Below, piece by piece: positions 13,316 through 24,110 of a stretch of 64,000 bases of DNA. The notes beneath the pieces were generated by a model. The model searched no databases. It was not told the origin of the DNA and worked only from the letters and a program-made list of their open reading frames with translations. This DNA comes from Chiloscyllium plagiosum (taxonomy: Eukaryota). Both the position numbers and the translations under genes were made by a program. Position 1 is the stretch's first letter, and the number at the start of each line of letters is the position of its first letter. Location of the stretch: contig NC_057719.1 of assembly GCF_004010195.1 (NCBI RefSeq), positions 18,042,476-18,106,475 on the forward strand. Reading direction: 5' to 3'.

Positions 13316-13474
13316 TAAGCTTTGGTTGAGGAATATGATAAAGATTTGTATTATTATTGAAAAATATCTTCTGTGATTTTCTGACTTTTTGCAAAAATCA
13401 GATGGATAGAAGGAATCACCTTCTCCTCCATCTGAAAACATTTTGCATATATTTGCTTGTTCAGTGAACCAAAA

Positions 13475-13845
13475 TCTTGCTCAGATATTTTTCATAAGGG
13501 CACTGGTTGCTTCGTTGCTGCTGAAACCTGCAGTAAAAAGCAAGCATCCTCATTTCTGACCTTATAATGGATAGAAGGACATTGAAGAAGCAATTGAAGA
13601 TTGTTAGGTCTAAGACACTACCCTGAAGGACTGCTGCAGATATATCCTGGGGTTGAGATAATTGGTCTTCAACCATCTTTCTTTGTGTTTGCTATGACTC
13701 TAGCCAAAAGAGTTATCTCTTGATTACAATGGGTTTCCATTATACTCGGACTCCTTGATGCTATACACTGTCAAATGTTGCCTTGACATCAATGGCAACC
13801 ATTTGCACCTTAGCTCTGGGTTTCAGTTCTTTTCAACTAAGACTA
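13475..13845 (-). mobile_element. L2/CR1-superfamily RT fragment
   Basis: ORF 13461-13676 contains AVLQGSVLDLTIFNCFFN, a decayed GVPQGSVLGP motif. Confidence 0.75.
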
Positions 13846-13854
13846 TGCAAGCAC

Positions 13855-14805
13855 TCTACTTGTTGTCATTTACATAAATGATTTGAATGCAGGCATTAGA
13901 GGTACAGTTAGTAAGTTTACAGATGACACCAAAATTGGACAGCGAAGAAAAATACCTCAGATTACAACAGGATCTTGATCAGATTGGTTAATGGGATGTG
14001 AAGTGGCAGATGGAGTTTAATTCAGATAAATGCGAGGTGCTGCATTTTGGGAAAACAAATCTTAGCAGGACTTGTACACTTAATGGTAAGGTCCTAGGGA
14101 GTGTTGCTGAAAAAAGAGATCTTGAAGTGCAGGGTCATAGCTTCTTGAAAGTGGAGTCACAGGTAGATAGGTTAGTGAAGAAGGCATTTAGTATGCTTTC
14201 CTTTATTGGCCAGAGTATTGAGTACAGGAGTTGGGAGGTCATGTTGTACAGAACATTGGAGTACAGGAGTTGGGAGGTCATGTTGTACAGAACATTGGTT
14301 AGGCCATTGTTGGAATATTGCATGTTGTGAAACTTGAAAGGGTTCAGAAAAGATTCACAAGGATGTTGCCAAGGTTGGATAATTTGAGCTATAGGGAGAG
14401 GCTGAACAGGCTAGGGCTATTTTCCCTGGAGCGGCGGAGGCTGAGGGGTGACCTTATAGAGGTTTACAAAATTATGAGGGGCTTGGGTTGGGGGAGTCCA
14501 GGACTAGAGGGCATAAGTTTAGAGTGAGAGAGGAAAGATATAAAAGAGACCTAAAGGGCAATGTTTTCACACAAAGGGTGATACGTGTATGGAATAAGCT
14601 GCCAGAGAAAGTGGTGGAGGCTGGTACAATTGCAACATTTAAGAGGCATTTGGATGGGTATATGAATAGGAAGGGTTTGGAGGGATATGGGCCAGGTGTT
14701 GGCAGGTGGGACTAAATTGGGTTGGGATATCTGGTCGGCATGGACGGGTTGGACCGAAAGGTCTGTTTCCATGCTGTACATCTCTTTGACTCTATGACTC
14801 TATGG
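13855..14805 (+). mobile_element. CR1 (HER1-type) LINE, RT C-terminal half to 3' tail
   Basis: SKFTDDTKIG, KWQMEFNSDKCEVLHFG, LERVQKRFTRMLP, and (CTCTATGA)n tail. Internal 39-bp tandem duplication at 14220-14297. Confidence 0.95.
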
Positions 14806-14892
14806 CTGAAGCCAAATGGTCCTGACAGAAATCGCATTCAAAGTACATGCCAGTGTGTGCCTTGGAAGCTATGCTTTGAAAATCTGTTGATA

Positions 14893-16160
14893 GCACAAAG
14901 ATAGACAGGAAAGTAATGTGTGAGGAAAGTATGAGGTGGCAAAAATCTTTTGAGAGATAGGCTAAGTGTGTGAAAACAGATCTGCCAAATGGAATACAAT
15001 GTGGGAAGATGAAATATTATCTATTTTGGCAGGAAGACTGAAAAAGAAACATATTAGCTAAATGGTGAGAGGTTGAGAGTTCTGAGATGAAGAGGGATTT
15101 GGGTGTTCCAGTACATGAATCACAAAAGGATAGTCTGCAGGTATGGCAAGTGATTCAGAAAGCTAATAGGATGCTATTATTAACTGTAAGAGGAATAAAA
15201 GACAACAAGAGGGAGGTCCTGTTCAGTTATAGAGAGCACTGGTGGGCACCACATCTCGGTACCATGCGCAATATTGGTCACCTTACTTATCAAAGGATGT
15301 AAATGCAATTCAGAGCAAGTTTTCCAGACTAATACCAGGTATGGGTGACTTGCATAACAAGGAGAGATTCTACAGACTCGGCTTGTATTTGCTGGCAGAA
15401 GAACGCCTCACCTTCCACCTTGGGACCCTTGAACCACCCAGCAACAACGTTGATTTCACCAGTTTCCTCATCTCCCCTCCCCCTATCTCATCCCAGATTC
15501 AAACCTCTAACTCGGCACCACCCTGTTGAACTGCCATCTTCCTTCCCATCTATCTGCTCCACCCTCTATTCCGACCTATCACCATCACCCCCACCTGCAT
15601 CCACCTATCGCCTTCCAAGCTACCTTTTATCCTAGCTCCACCCTTCTATTTATCTCACAGCCCACTTGGGCCATCCCCACATTTCTGATGAAGGGCTTAT
15701 GCCTGAAACATCAATTCTCCTACTCCCCTAATGCTGCCCAATGTGCTGTGCTTTTCCAGCACCGCACTTTTTTTGACTCTAATCTCCAGCATCTGCAGTC
15801 CTCACTTTCTCCTTGTATTTGCTCCTGTTTAAAAAGCAACAGGTTGCTTGACTGAAACATAATAAATGGGTCTTGACAGGATAGATGTAAAAATGCTGTT
15901 TTCTCACAGGAGAATCATGAAGTAGGGATTACTGTTAGAAAATAAAAGATCTCCCATTTAAAACAGAGTAAGGTGAATGTTTTTCTCAAAGAGGGCCATG
16001 AAACATTCATTCTCTCCACCTGAAAAAGCAGTGGAAGTGGACTCTTTAAATATATTTCTTGTTTAGCAAGGAAATGAATGGTTATCAGAAATAGACAGGA
16101 ATGGGGATTTGTGGTTGCAATCAGATAGCCATGACCTTATAAAATAATGGAGACAGGTGC
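14893..16160 (+). mobile_element. Older CR1 fragment interrupted by a Penelope-like insertion
   Basis: KRDLGVPVHESQK and QYWSPYLSKDVNAIQSKFSRLIPGM; the element resumes after 15812. Confidence 0.85.
15394..15811 (+). mobile_element. Penelope-like element 3' end (GIY-YIG C-terminus plus family A pLTR with hammerhead motif)
   Basis: Peptide EERLTFHLGTLEPPSNNVDFTSF resembles the C-terminus of vertebrate PLE GIY-YIG domains. A pyrimidine-rich spacer follows, then CTGATGA-A-GGGC-TTAT-GCCT-GAAA-CATC at 15685-15712. Perfect 12-bp TSD CTTGTATTTGCT (15382-15393, 15812-15823). Confidence 0.85.
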
Positions 16161-16287
16161 AACACAAGATCTTTTCTTTGGGTAGGGAATGGAGGCAGTC
16201 CCAAATCCATTCCAGATTGAAACCCATGCTGTTCAAATCAATCAGTTAGCTGAACCAATTCCTAAATATTTAAATTGCTGTGGCCAC

Positions 16288-16835
16288 ATTTACAGGACAT
16301 TAGTTAGGCCACCTTTGGAATATTGCATGAATTCTGGTCTCCCTCCTATAGGAAGAGGGTGTTGTGAAATTTGAAATAATTCAGAGAAGATTTAGGAGAA
16401 TTATGCCAGGGTTGGAGGAGTTGAGCTAGAGGGAGAGGCTGAATAAGCTGGGGCTATTTTCCCTGGAGCATTGGGGGCAGAGGGGTGACATTATAAAATC
16501 ATGAAGGGCATGAATAGGATAAATTGACAAAGTCTTTACCCTGGATTCTAGAGGAGATAGGTTTAAGATGAGAGGGGAAAGAACTAAAAGGGACCTCAGG
16601 GGCAACATTTTCATGCAAAATGTGGTGCATGTATGGCAGGAGCTGCTAAAGGAAGTGGTGGAGGCTGGTACAATGAAACATTTAAAAGGCGTCTGGATAT
16701 GCATATGAATAGGAAGGGTTTAGACAGATATTGGCCAAATTCTGTCAAATGGAACTAGATTGTGTTAGGATATCTAATCGGCATAGTTGAACTGAAGGGT
16801 CCATTTCTGTGCTGAACATCTCTATGATTCTATGA
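16288..16835 (+). mobile_element. CR1 (HER1-type) 3' fragment
   Basis: YRTLVRPPLEYC... through to the CTCTATGATTCTATGA tail. Confidence 0.9.
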
Positions 16836-16838
16836 GGA

Positions 16839-16972
16839 CCTCATTCCCGATGAAGGGCTTATGCCCGAAAGGTCGAATCTCCTGCTCCTTGGATGCTGGC
16901 TGACCTGCTGTGCTTTTCCAGCACTGCACTCTTGACTTTGATCTCCAGCATCTGCAGTCCTCACTTTCTTCC
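16839..16972 (+). mobile_element. Short PLE-derived element, family A
   Basis: ATTC-CCGATGA-A-GGGC-TTAT-GCCC-GAAA-G-GTC-GAAT (helix I ATTC/GAAT; core U4 mutated), then the family body ending GCAGTCCTCACTTTC. Confidence 0.85.
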
Positions 16973-17099
16973 GTACTAGAAATGTCCAGATTGCTTGAAG
17001 TGAGCACATTGAGGAAAATAGAATGGGTAGGATTCCATGCTCATAAGAAAGTTTTGGGTAATTTGGTGGTTCATTTATATGGATGAGGGATCAGGCAAT

Positions 17100-17500
17100 A
17101 TCACTTATAGCCATGTCATCCTCACGACATCTGACTGAGATGTTCCATTTCATGAGGGGAGTATAGATCAAACAGGGAGAAAATAAAAATCTAATGCTAA
17201 AAGGATCAAGAAATCGGACGTACAGATGCACAGTAATTGGCAAAAGAAACAGTGGAAACATGAGGGAAAGCATGTTCACATGGTGAGGAGTCAAATCTGG
17301 AGGGCACTGCCTGAAAGTGTGGAGGCAGCAGACTCAATTGAGGCTTTCAAAAGGGATGTGGATGATTATCTAATAAAAAACTAATTTGCAGGGCTACAGG
17401 GAAAAGGCTGGGAGTGGCATGGGCTGAATTACCCCTCCAGAGGACTAGCACCGACAGTCTGCCAAATGACCTCCTTATCTGCTGTAACTATTCTGTGACT
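17100..17500 (+). mobile_element. Old CR1 3' fragment
   Basis: TGGAGGGCACTGCCTGAAAGTGTGGAGGCAGCAGACTCAATTGAGGCTTTCAAAAGG (W.ALPE.V..A.SI.AFKR), with tail CTGTAACTATTCTGTGACT. Confidence 0.7.
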
Positions 17501-18059
17501 CATCATATATCAACCAACTTTTCTATAAGTAATCCTCTGCAGTTCTTCCATTTCATCAGCTCTATTACTAGTCACCTTATGGTATTGAACAGTAGCTTTA
17601 ACATCAATCCAGAAGACCATTAAACCAAGTCAGCAGTTGAAAACATGGAACTCACTGCCACTTCTCTCACATTAGTGTCAAGTACCATCCAATATGTAGG
17701 TCTCCTCTAATTTGGGTTGACAATGTCTATGAAAATAATACTGCCATAATGAACACAATCTCATGTGTCCTGCTAAAAATGGCAAGTGCCTGGTAAGCTG
17801 CCAATCAAATGAACCATTCTCTTTCCAGTGAATATGATTCTATGGTACAAACAATCTTGAATAACTGGTGAGCAAGGGGTTATATTCCAATAACAGGAGG
17901 ATTTGGGACGTTGGCTCAGTTCCCAGATTAGCAAGGCCAGGTCCTCTGGTAAATTGTCAAGTTTTATTTTGTCTGGACTACAGTTCAAAGTATGCTAATT
18001 TCTGAATGTTACTATCTGCTTTGCGCTTCTTGAGTTAAAAATTTTCTTTCTGTGTGAAT

Positions 18060-18450
18060 GTCCGCTTGGTTGTCTGCCTGTCTGATTGTCTACCTAATAT
18101 GTTTTCAGGCATTTTACATTGCTCCATTTGTTAAAAACAGACAGATGAATAATTGCCAACATTCTGCCAGTAGCGTTCTTGACCTGATTGATGGCTGTCC
18201 TAGGTTGGCCAAGGGTGATTTGCTTGCTGATTTCCACTACCCCTTGAGTGGGGACCTGCCTGATCCCATTCACCATTTCCCCTTGATAGAACATTTGAGG
18301 TCAGGAATTCATGGTGAGGGATATAACATTGTCATTCTGGTGCAGCTCCATAAAAGGGTCTTGAAGAGCTGCCAACTTTCAGAGCTGACGATTGTCAGGT
18401 CTTCGGGGAATTCTCATTCATTTACAATGGTACACATATTCAAATAGGTG
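18060..18450 (-). mobile_element. Possible highly decayed RTE-type LINE C-terminal fragment
   Basis: Minus-strand translation PQMFYQGEMVNGIRQ...WK loosely resembles the RTE motif PK.llyGel..G.R..GRP..RWK. Several stops. Confidence 0.25.
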
Positions 18451-18894
18451 AGACCACGATATCAGCCTCATGAATTAGCTTTCAATGTGCACAGTTATTG
18501 TGGGTAATAGCAAAATTAAACTCAGATACTTAATCAGATTCTGTATGCATATGAAGTAACACAGAAATCAACAGCAGGTTAATCAGCATGTGAAATGGAA
18601 TGAAATTGGTCCCTTCAGATCTATCATTTCCTCAATACTATGTCAGACATGGACCATGCAAAGTAGCAGAACAGGAGAAACATAACAATTATGCTTCTTC
18701 AGAGTGTTGAAAGGAAAAAAAATCATTAATGCATGAACAAGAATTCATGGAGGAACTCTTAATGAGATTGAACAAAGCGCATGCCACTCATCCAGAGAAG
18801 AGGCAAGCTTTGTTGTAACCTACAGGACAAACATAAACTCAAGAGGCGTGAATGGCCTCCTCTGTGTTATGCATGACCTTATTTACCTTAAACT

Positions 18895-19235
18895 TACATG
18901 GGATGCTGTTGCCACTGGCAAGCCGGTGTTGCCTAACTGAGTGAATTGCTGGGCCATTTCAGAGGGCACTTAAGAGTGAAACACATTGCTATGGTTCTGA
19001 AGTCACCTGTAGGCCTGACCAAGGATATCAGATGTCCTTCCCTGAGGGAATTAGTGAATTAAATGGGTTTTGTACAACAGTCAATGACAGGTTCATGCTC
19101 ACAATCAGTGAGTCTAACTTTACATTCCGGCATTATTAATTGAATTTAAATTCCACAGGCTGTTGTGGGAGGATTTGCATCAGAACTATGAACATTAGCT
19201 TCAATGGGCTTCTGGATTTCTAATTCAGTTACATT
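18895..19235 (-). mobile_element. SINE with L2-like tail (family of 3555-4050)
   Basis: TTAAGAGTGAAACACATTGCTATGGTTCTGAAGTCACCTGTAGGCC matches 3630-3680. Confidence 0.7.
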
Positions 19236-19242
19236 GCACTGT

Positions 19243-19565
19243 GCCTCAGTGGTTAGTACTGCTGCCTCACAGCACCAGGGATCCTGGGTTCGATTCCAGC
19301 CTTGGGTAACTGTCTGTGTGAAGTTTGCACATTCTCCCTGTGTCTGTGTGGGTTTCCTCTGGGTGGTTGGATTTCCTCCCACAGGGTAGGTGGATTGGCC
19401 ATGCTAAATTGCCCATAGTGTCCAGGGATGTGCAGGCTAGGTGGAGTAGCCATGGGAAATGCAGGGATATAGGGATAGGGGTAGGGGTGTGGGTCTGGGT
19501 GGGATGGTCTTCAGAGGGCTGGTATGGGCTGAATGGCCTACTTCCACACTGTAAGGATTCTATTG
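19243..19565 (+). mobile_element. HE1-like tRNA-derived V-SINE
   Basis: Pol III A/B-box head (CAGTGGTTAGTACT...GGTTCGATTCC), V-domain (TGTGTGAAGTTTGCACATTCTCCCTGTGTCTG) and CR1-like tail (GGATTCTAT). Confidence 0.9.
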
Positions 19566-19759
19566 CATGACTATATTCCTTACAGTAACTCAGTGACTAG
19601 CTCCCATTGTCAGCGATAGACAATATGATAGGTGGAAATAGGAAGAATACTCAAAACATGTTACCAGCTCAGAGTGAGAACTAAACTGTCAGCAACGTCT
19701 CTCTAGTCTTTTCTTTCGACTCAACAAAAACAACAAGGAGCCATTTCCACTGCCATGAC

Positions 19760-20030
19760 AATTGACGGACAAAGATTACAGATTGAAGGTGAGCAGCAAA
19801 AAAAATCAAAAGAAAGATGAGGATTTTTTTACAAAAGGATTTGTTTTCATCTGGAATGCACAGCCTTAAAGATTGGTGGATACAAATTCAAAAGTGGTAT
19901 TTAAAGAGGAATTGGCAAATTAATTAATTAAGAATATGTTCCGGGGAAGGGTGGGGTCTGGGACTAATTGAATAGTTCGACCAAAAGGCCAACAAAGACA
20001 CCGTGGACAGTATGGTGTTGCTTTACCATC
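19760..20030 (+). mobile_element. Old CR1 3' fragment
   Basis: TCTGGAATGCACAGCCT...TTTAAAGAGGAATTGG, the WNALP...FKREL region. Confidence 0.6.
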
Positions 20031-20604
20031 GTTTGATTTTTGTTGTTGAATGACCTGTTGTAAATTGCTGGCATTTTTCTTCCATCAGAACTTCAGCTGT
20101 CACAGACTTCTTTTTAATACCTGAACATGTGAGCTGGAAGGTGAAATGTTCATGTTGAATGCCTTCTCTAGGGAAGTGAGAATAGGTCTCACATTACAGT
20201 AAGCATGTGCTAAACCTGTCCTAAGATTTATTGTATCTATCTTTCACAAAGAAGGAAAACCCTCTAATTTCCCACACTGCGATGGCTCACCTTAATGATG
20301 CTGAATGCCTGAATTCAAACCTTTACCTGATTCCCACGTAAGGGTTGGTTATCTGTAACAGTTGGCTCACTTATGGGGAGTGAATCATAACTCCTGGAAG
20401 ATGAGTAAGCACAAACAATCTCCAAGTTTTTGGCACAAGACCATTAAGAAACGAAGTGTGTAAGAATGAGTCAGAGCCTGATTATGACAGGATGACGGCT
20501 GCACTATTGTATTGAAATACCATTGAAGCAAACAGGTGGCTAAATGCGAATTAGTGTCCCTCCTTTCAAATGTCTCAGTTGACCACAATAAAGATTTATG
20601 CTTG

Positions 20605-21050
20605 AGTCATGGAGTTATACAACACAGAAACAGACCCTTTGGTCCAACTCATCCGCGCCGATTAGCTATCTTAATCTGATCTAGTCCCATTGGCCCATAT
20701 TCCTCCAAATTCTTCCTACTCAAGCAGCTATCAAGATGCCTTTTAAAAGTTGTAATTGTACCTACCTCCACCACCTCCTCTGACAGCTTGTTTCATACAC
20801 TCATCACCCTCTGTATGAAAATGTTGCTTCTCAGGTCCATTTAAATCATTCCCCTCTCACCTTAAACCTATGCTCTCTAGTTTTGGACGCCTCCCTCTCT
20901 GGGTAAAGGACCTTGGATACTCACCCTATCCATGGCCTTCATGATTTTATAAATCTTTATAAGGTTAACCCTTAGTCTCCGATGCTCTAGAGAAAAAGCC
21001 CTAACCTATTCAGTCTGACCCTGTAGTTCAAACCGTCCAATCCCAGCTTT
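20605..21050 (-). mobile_element. CR1 (HER1-type) 3' fragment
   Basis: Reverse complement of the 2740-3190 sequence. Confidence 0.9.
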
Positions 21051-22496
21051 GTTTTCAGCACAAACAGAAGCTAAAATGACATCCAATTTAAAGTAATTAA
21101 GTATCATTCGAGATAGAACAAAGAACAATACACCTTTCAGCCCTCCAAGCCTGCACTGACACATTTTGACTTACCATACTAAAATTCCACTTATGGGATC
21201 CATATCACCCTATTCCTTTCCTATTCATGTATTCTTCCAGGTGCTTCTTGAATGCTGCTATTGTGTCTCCTTCCCACCATCTCCTCTTGCAGCGCGTTCC
21301 AGGCATTCACCACCCTTGGCGTGAAAAACATGCCTCGCACATCTCTTTTAAATGTGCCCCCCCGAACCTTGAACCTGTGTCTCCTAGTTTCCCTGGGAAA
21401 AAGCCTCATACTTCCCACTCTATCCATGCCATTCACAATCTTATAAACTTCTACCAGGTCGCCCCTCAATGCCCTGCATTCCAGTGAAAAGAAGTCCAGT
21501 CTATCCAACCCTTCTTCATAGTAAAAATCCCCTATACTCGGCAACATCCTGGTGAATCTTTTCTGTGAATCCTCTCCAAAGCATCCATATCTTTCTAGTA
21601 GTGTGGTGACCAGAACTGTACACAATATTCCAAGTGTGGCCTAATTAAAGTTCTATAAAGCTGCAGCATAACTCAATGCCCCTTCAAATGAAGGCAAGAA
21701 TGCCATAGGCCTTTGTTACAACCTTATCTGTCTACACTACTAAGGGATCCTTGGACCAGCACACTCAGATCCCGCTGCATATCAAGGCTCCTAAGGGTTC
21801 TGCTATTCACTGTATAATTTCCATCTGTATTTGACCTTTCAAAATGCATCACCTCACATTTGTTTAGATTAAACTCCGTCTGCCATTTTTCTGCCCATGC
21901 CTCCAACTGATCTATACCCTGCTGTATCCTCTGACAATCCTCCTCATCAATCTTTGCATCATTTGCAAACTTACTAATTAGATCAACTACATTTTCCTCC
22001 AAATCACTTATGTAGACCATGAACAGCAGAGGTCCCAGCACTGATCCCTGTGGAACACCACTAGTCATAGCCCTCCATTCCAAAAAGCATCCTTCCACTA
22101 CTACCCATGACTAAGCCAGTTCTGTATCCATCTTGCCAGCTCACCCTTGATACCATGTGACTTCACCTTTTGTACCAGTCTGCCATGAGGGAACTTGTCA
22201 AAGATTTTGTTGAAGTCCAAGTAGACAACGTCAACCGTTTTTCCCTTATCAATCCTTTACATCACCTCAAACAAGTTAGTGAGGCATGACCTCCCTCCCA
22301 CAATTAAATTCTGCCTATCACTAGTCAGTCTACTTACTTCTAAATGTGTATAGATCTTATCCCTGAGAATCTTTTCCAATAATTTCCCTACCACTGATGT
22401 AACGCTCTCAGGCATGTCACTTCCTGGATTATCACTGTTACCCTTTTAAACAATGGGACAATATTATATATTCTCCAGTTCTCTCTGACCTCACTT

Positions 22497-24110
22497 ACAT
22501 AGAACATAGAACATAGAAGAATACAGCGCAGTACAGGCCCTTCGGCCCTCGATGTTGCGCCGATCCAAGCCCACCTAACCTACACTAGCCCACTATCCTC
22601 CATATGCCTATCCAATGCCCGCTTAAATGCCCATAATGAGGGAGAGTCCACCACTGCTACTGGCAGGGCATTCCATGAACTCACGACTCGCTGAGTAAAG
22701 AACCTACCCCTAACATCTGTCCTATACCTACCCCCCCTTAATTTATAAAGCTATGCCCCCTTGTAATAGCTGACTCCATACGTAGCAAAAGATTCTCACT
22801 GTCGACCCTATCTAAACCCCTAATCATCTTGTACACCTCTATCAAGTAACCCCTACACCTTCTTTTCTCCAATGAAAACAACCCCAAGTGCCTCAGCCTC
22901 TCCTCATACGATCTTNNNNNNNNNNNNNNNNNNNNNNNNNNNNNNNNNNNNNNNNNNNNNNNNNNNNNNNNNNNNNNNNNNNNNNNNNNNNNNNNNNNNN
23001 NNNNNNNNNNNNNNNNNNNNNNNNNNNNNNNNNNNNNNNNNNNNNNNNNNNNNNNNNNNNNNNNNNNNNNNNNNNNNNNNNNNNNNNNNNNNNNNNNNNN
23101 NNNNNNNNNNNNNNNNNNNNNNNNNNNNNNNNNNNNNNNNNNNNNNNNNNNNNNNNNNNNNNNNNNNNNNNNNNNNNNNNNNNNNNNNNNNNNNNNNNNN
23201 NNNNNNNNNNNNNNNNNNNNNNNNNNNNNNNNNNNNNNNNNNNNNNNNNNNNNNNNNNNNNNNNNNNNNNNNNNNNNNNNNNNNNNNNNNNNNNNNNNNN
23301 NNNNNNNNNNNNNNNNNNNNNNNNNNNNNNNNNNNNNNNNNNNNNNNNNNNNNNNNNNNNNNNNNNNNNNNNNNNNNNNNNNNNNNNNNNNNNNNNNNNN
23401 NNNNNNNNNNNNNNNNNNNNNNNNNNNNNNNNNNNNNNNNNNNNNNNNNNNNNNNNNNNNNNNNNNNNNNNNNNNNNNNNNNNNNNNNNNNNNNNNNNNN
23501 NNNNNNNNNNNNNNNNNNNNNNNNNNNNNNNNNNNNNNNNNNNNNNNNNNNNNNNNNNNNNNNNNNNNNNNNNNNNNNNNNNNNNNNNNNNNNNNNNNNN
23601 NNNNNNNNNNNNNNNNNNNNNNNNNNNNNNNNNNNNNNNNNNNNNNNNNNNNNNNNNNNNNNNNNNNNNNNNNNNNNNNNNNNNNNNNNNNNNNNNNNNN
23701 NNNNNNNNNNNNNNNNNNNNNNNNNNNNNNNNNNNNNNNNNNNNNNNNNNNNNNNNNNNNNNNNNNNNNNNNNNNNNNNNNNNNNNNNNNNNNNNNNNNN
23801 NNNNNNNNNNNNNNNNNNNNNNNNNNNNNNNNNNNNNNNNNNNNNNNNNNNNNNNNNNNNCTTCTCTACATGCCTCAAAGCCATCCATTCTACTTAATTG
23901 TGTCTCAGTACTCACATTGACAACAATGTCCTGTTCCTGATTGAATACTGACGAAAAGTATTCATTCAGTGTCTCCCCAATCTCTTCAGCCTCCACACGC
24001 AACTTCCCACTACTATCCTTGACTGGACCTATTCCTACCCTAGTCATTCATTTATTCCTGACATACCTATAGAAAGCCTTAGGGTTTTCCCTAACCCTAC
24101 CAACTAAGGA
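22497..24110 (-). mobile_element. Younger CR1 LINE, nested, spanning the assembly gap
   Basis: (CATAGAA)n tail at 22498-22519 and a CpG-rich 3' end related to 40050-40137. Beyond the gap, GPVKDSSGKLRVEAEEIGETLNEYFSSVF matches ORF2 at 38390-38500. Confidence 0.9.
22916..23860. other. Assembly gap (945 N)
   Basis: Run of N. Confidence 1.

Noticed and set aside
18058..18447. 129-aa plus-strand ORF
   Set aside because: No known domain or splice support; more likely the antisense of a decayed LINE fragment.
19243..19310. tRNA gene (A/B boxes)
   Set aside because: It is the head of an HE1-like SINE and continues into the V-domain; no complete cloverleaf.
22872..24047. Four ORFs of 326-384 aa
   Set aside because: They are artefacts of translating through the N gap; the real flanks are CR1.
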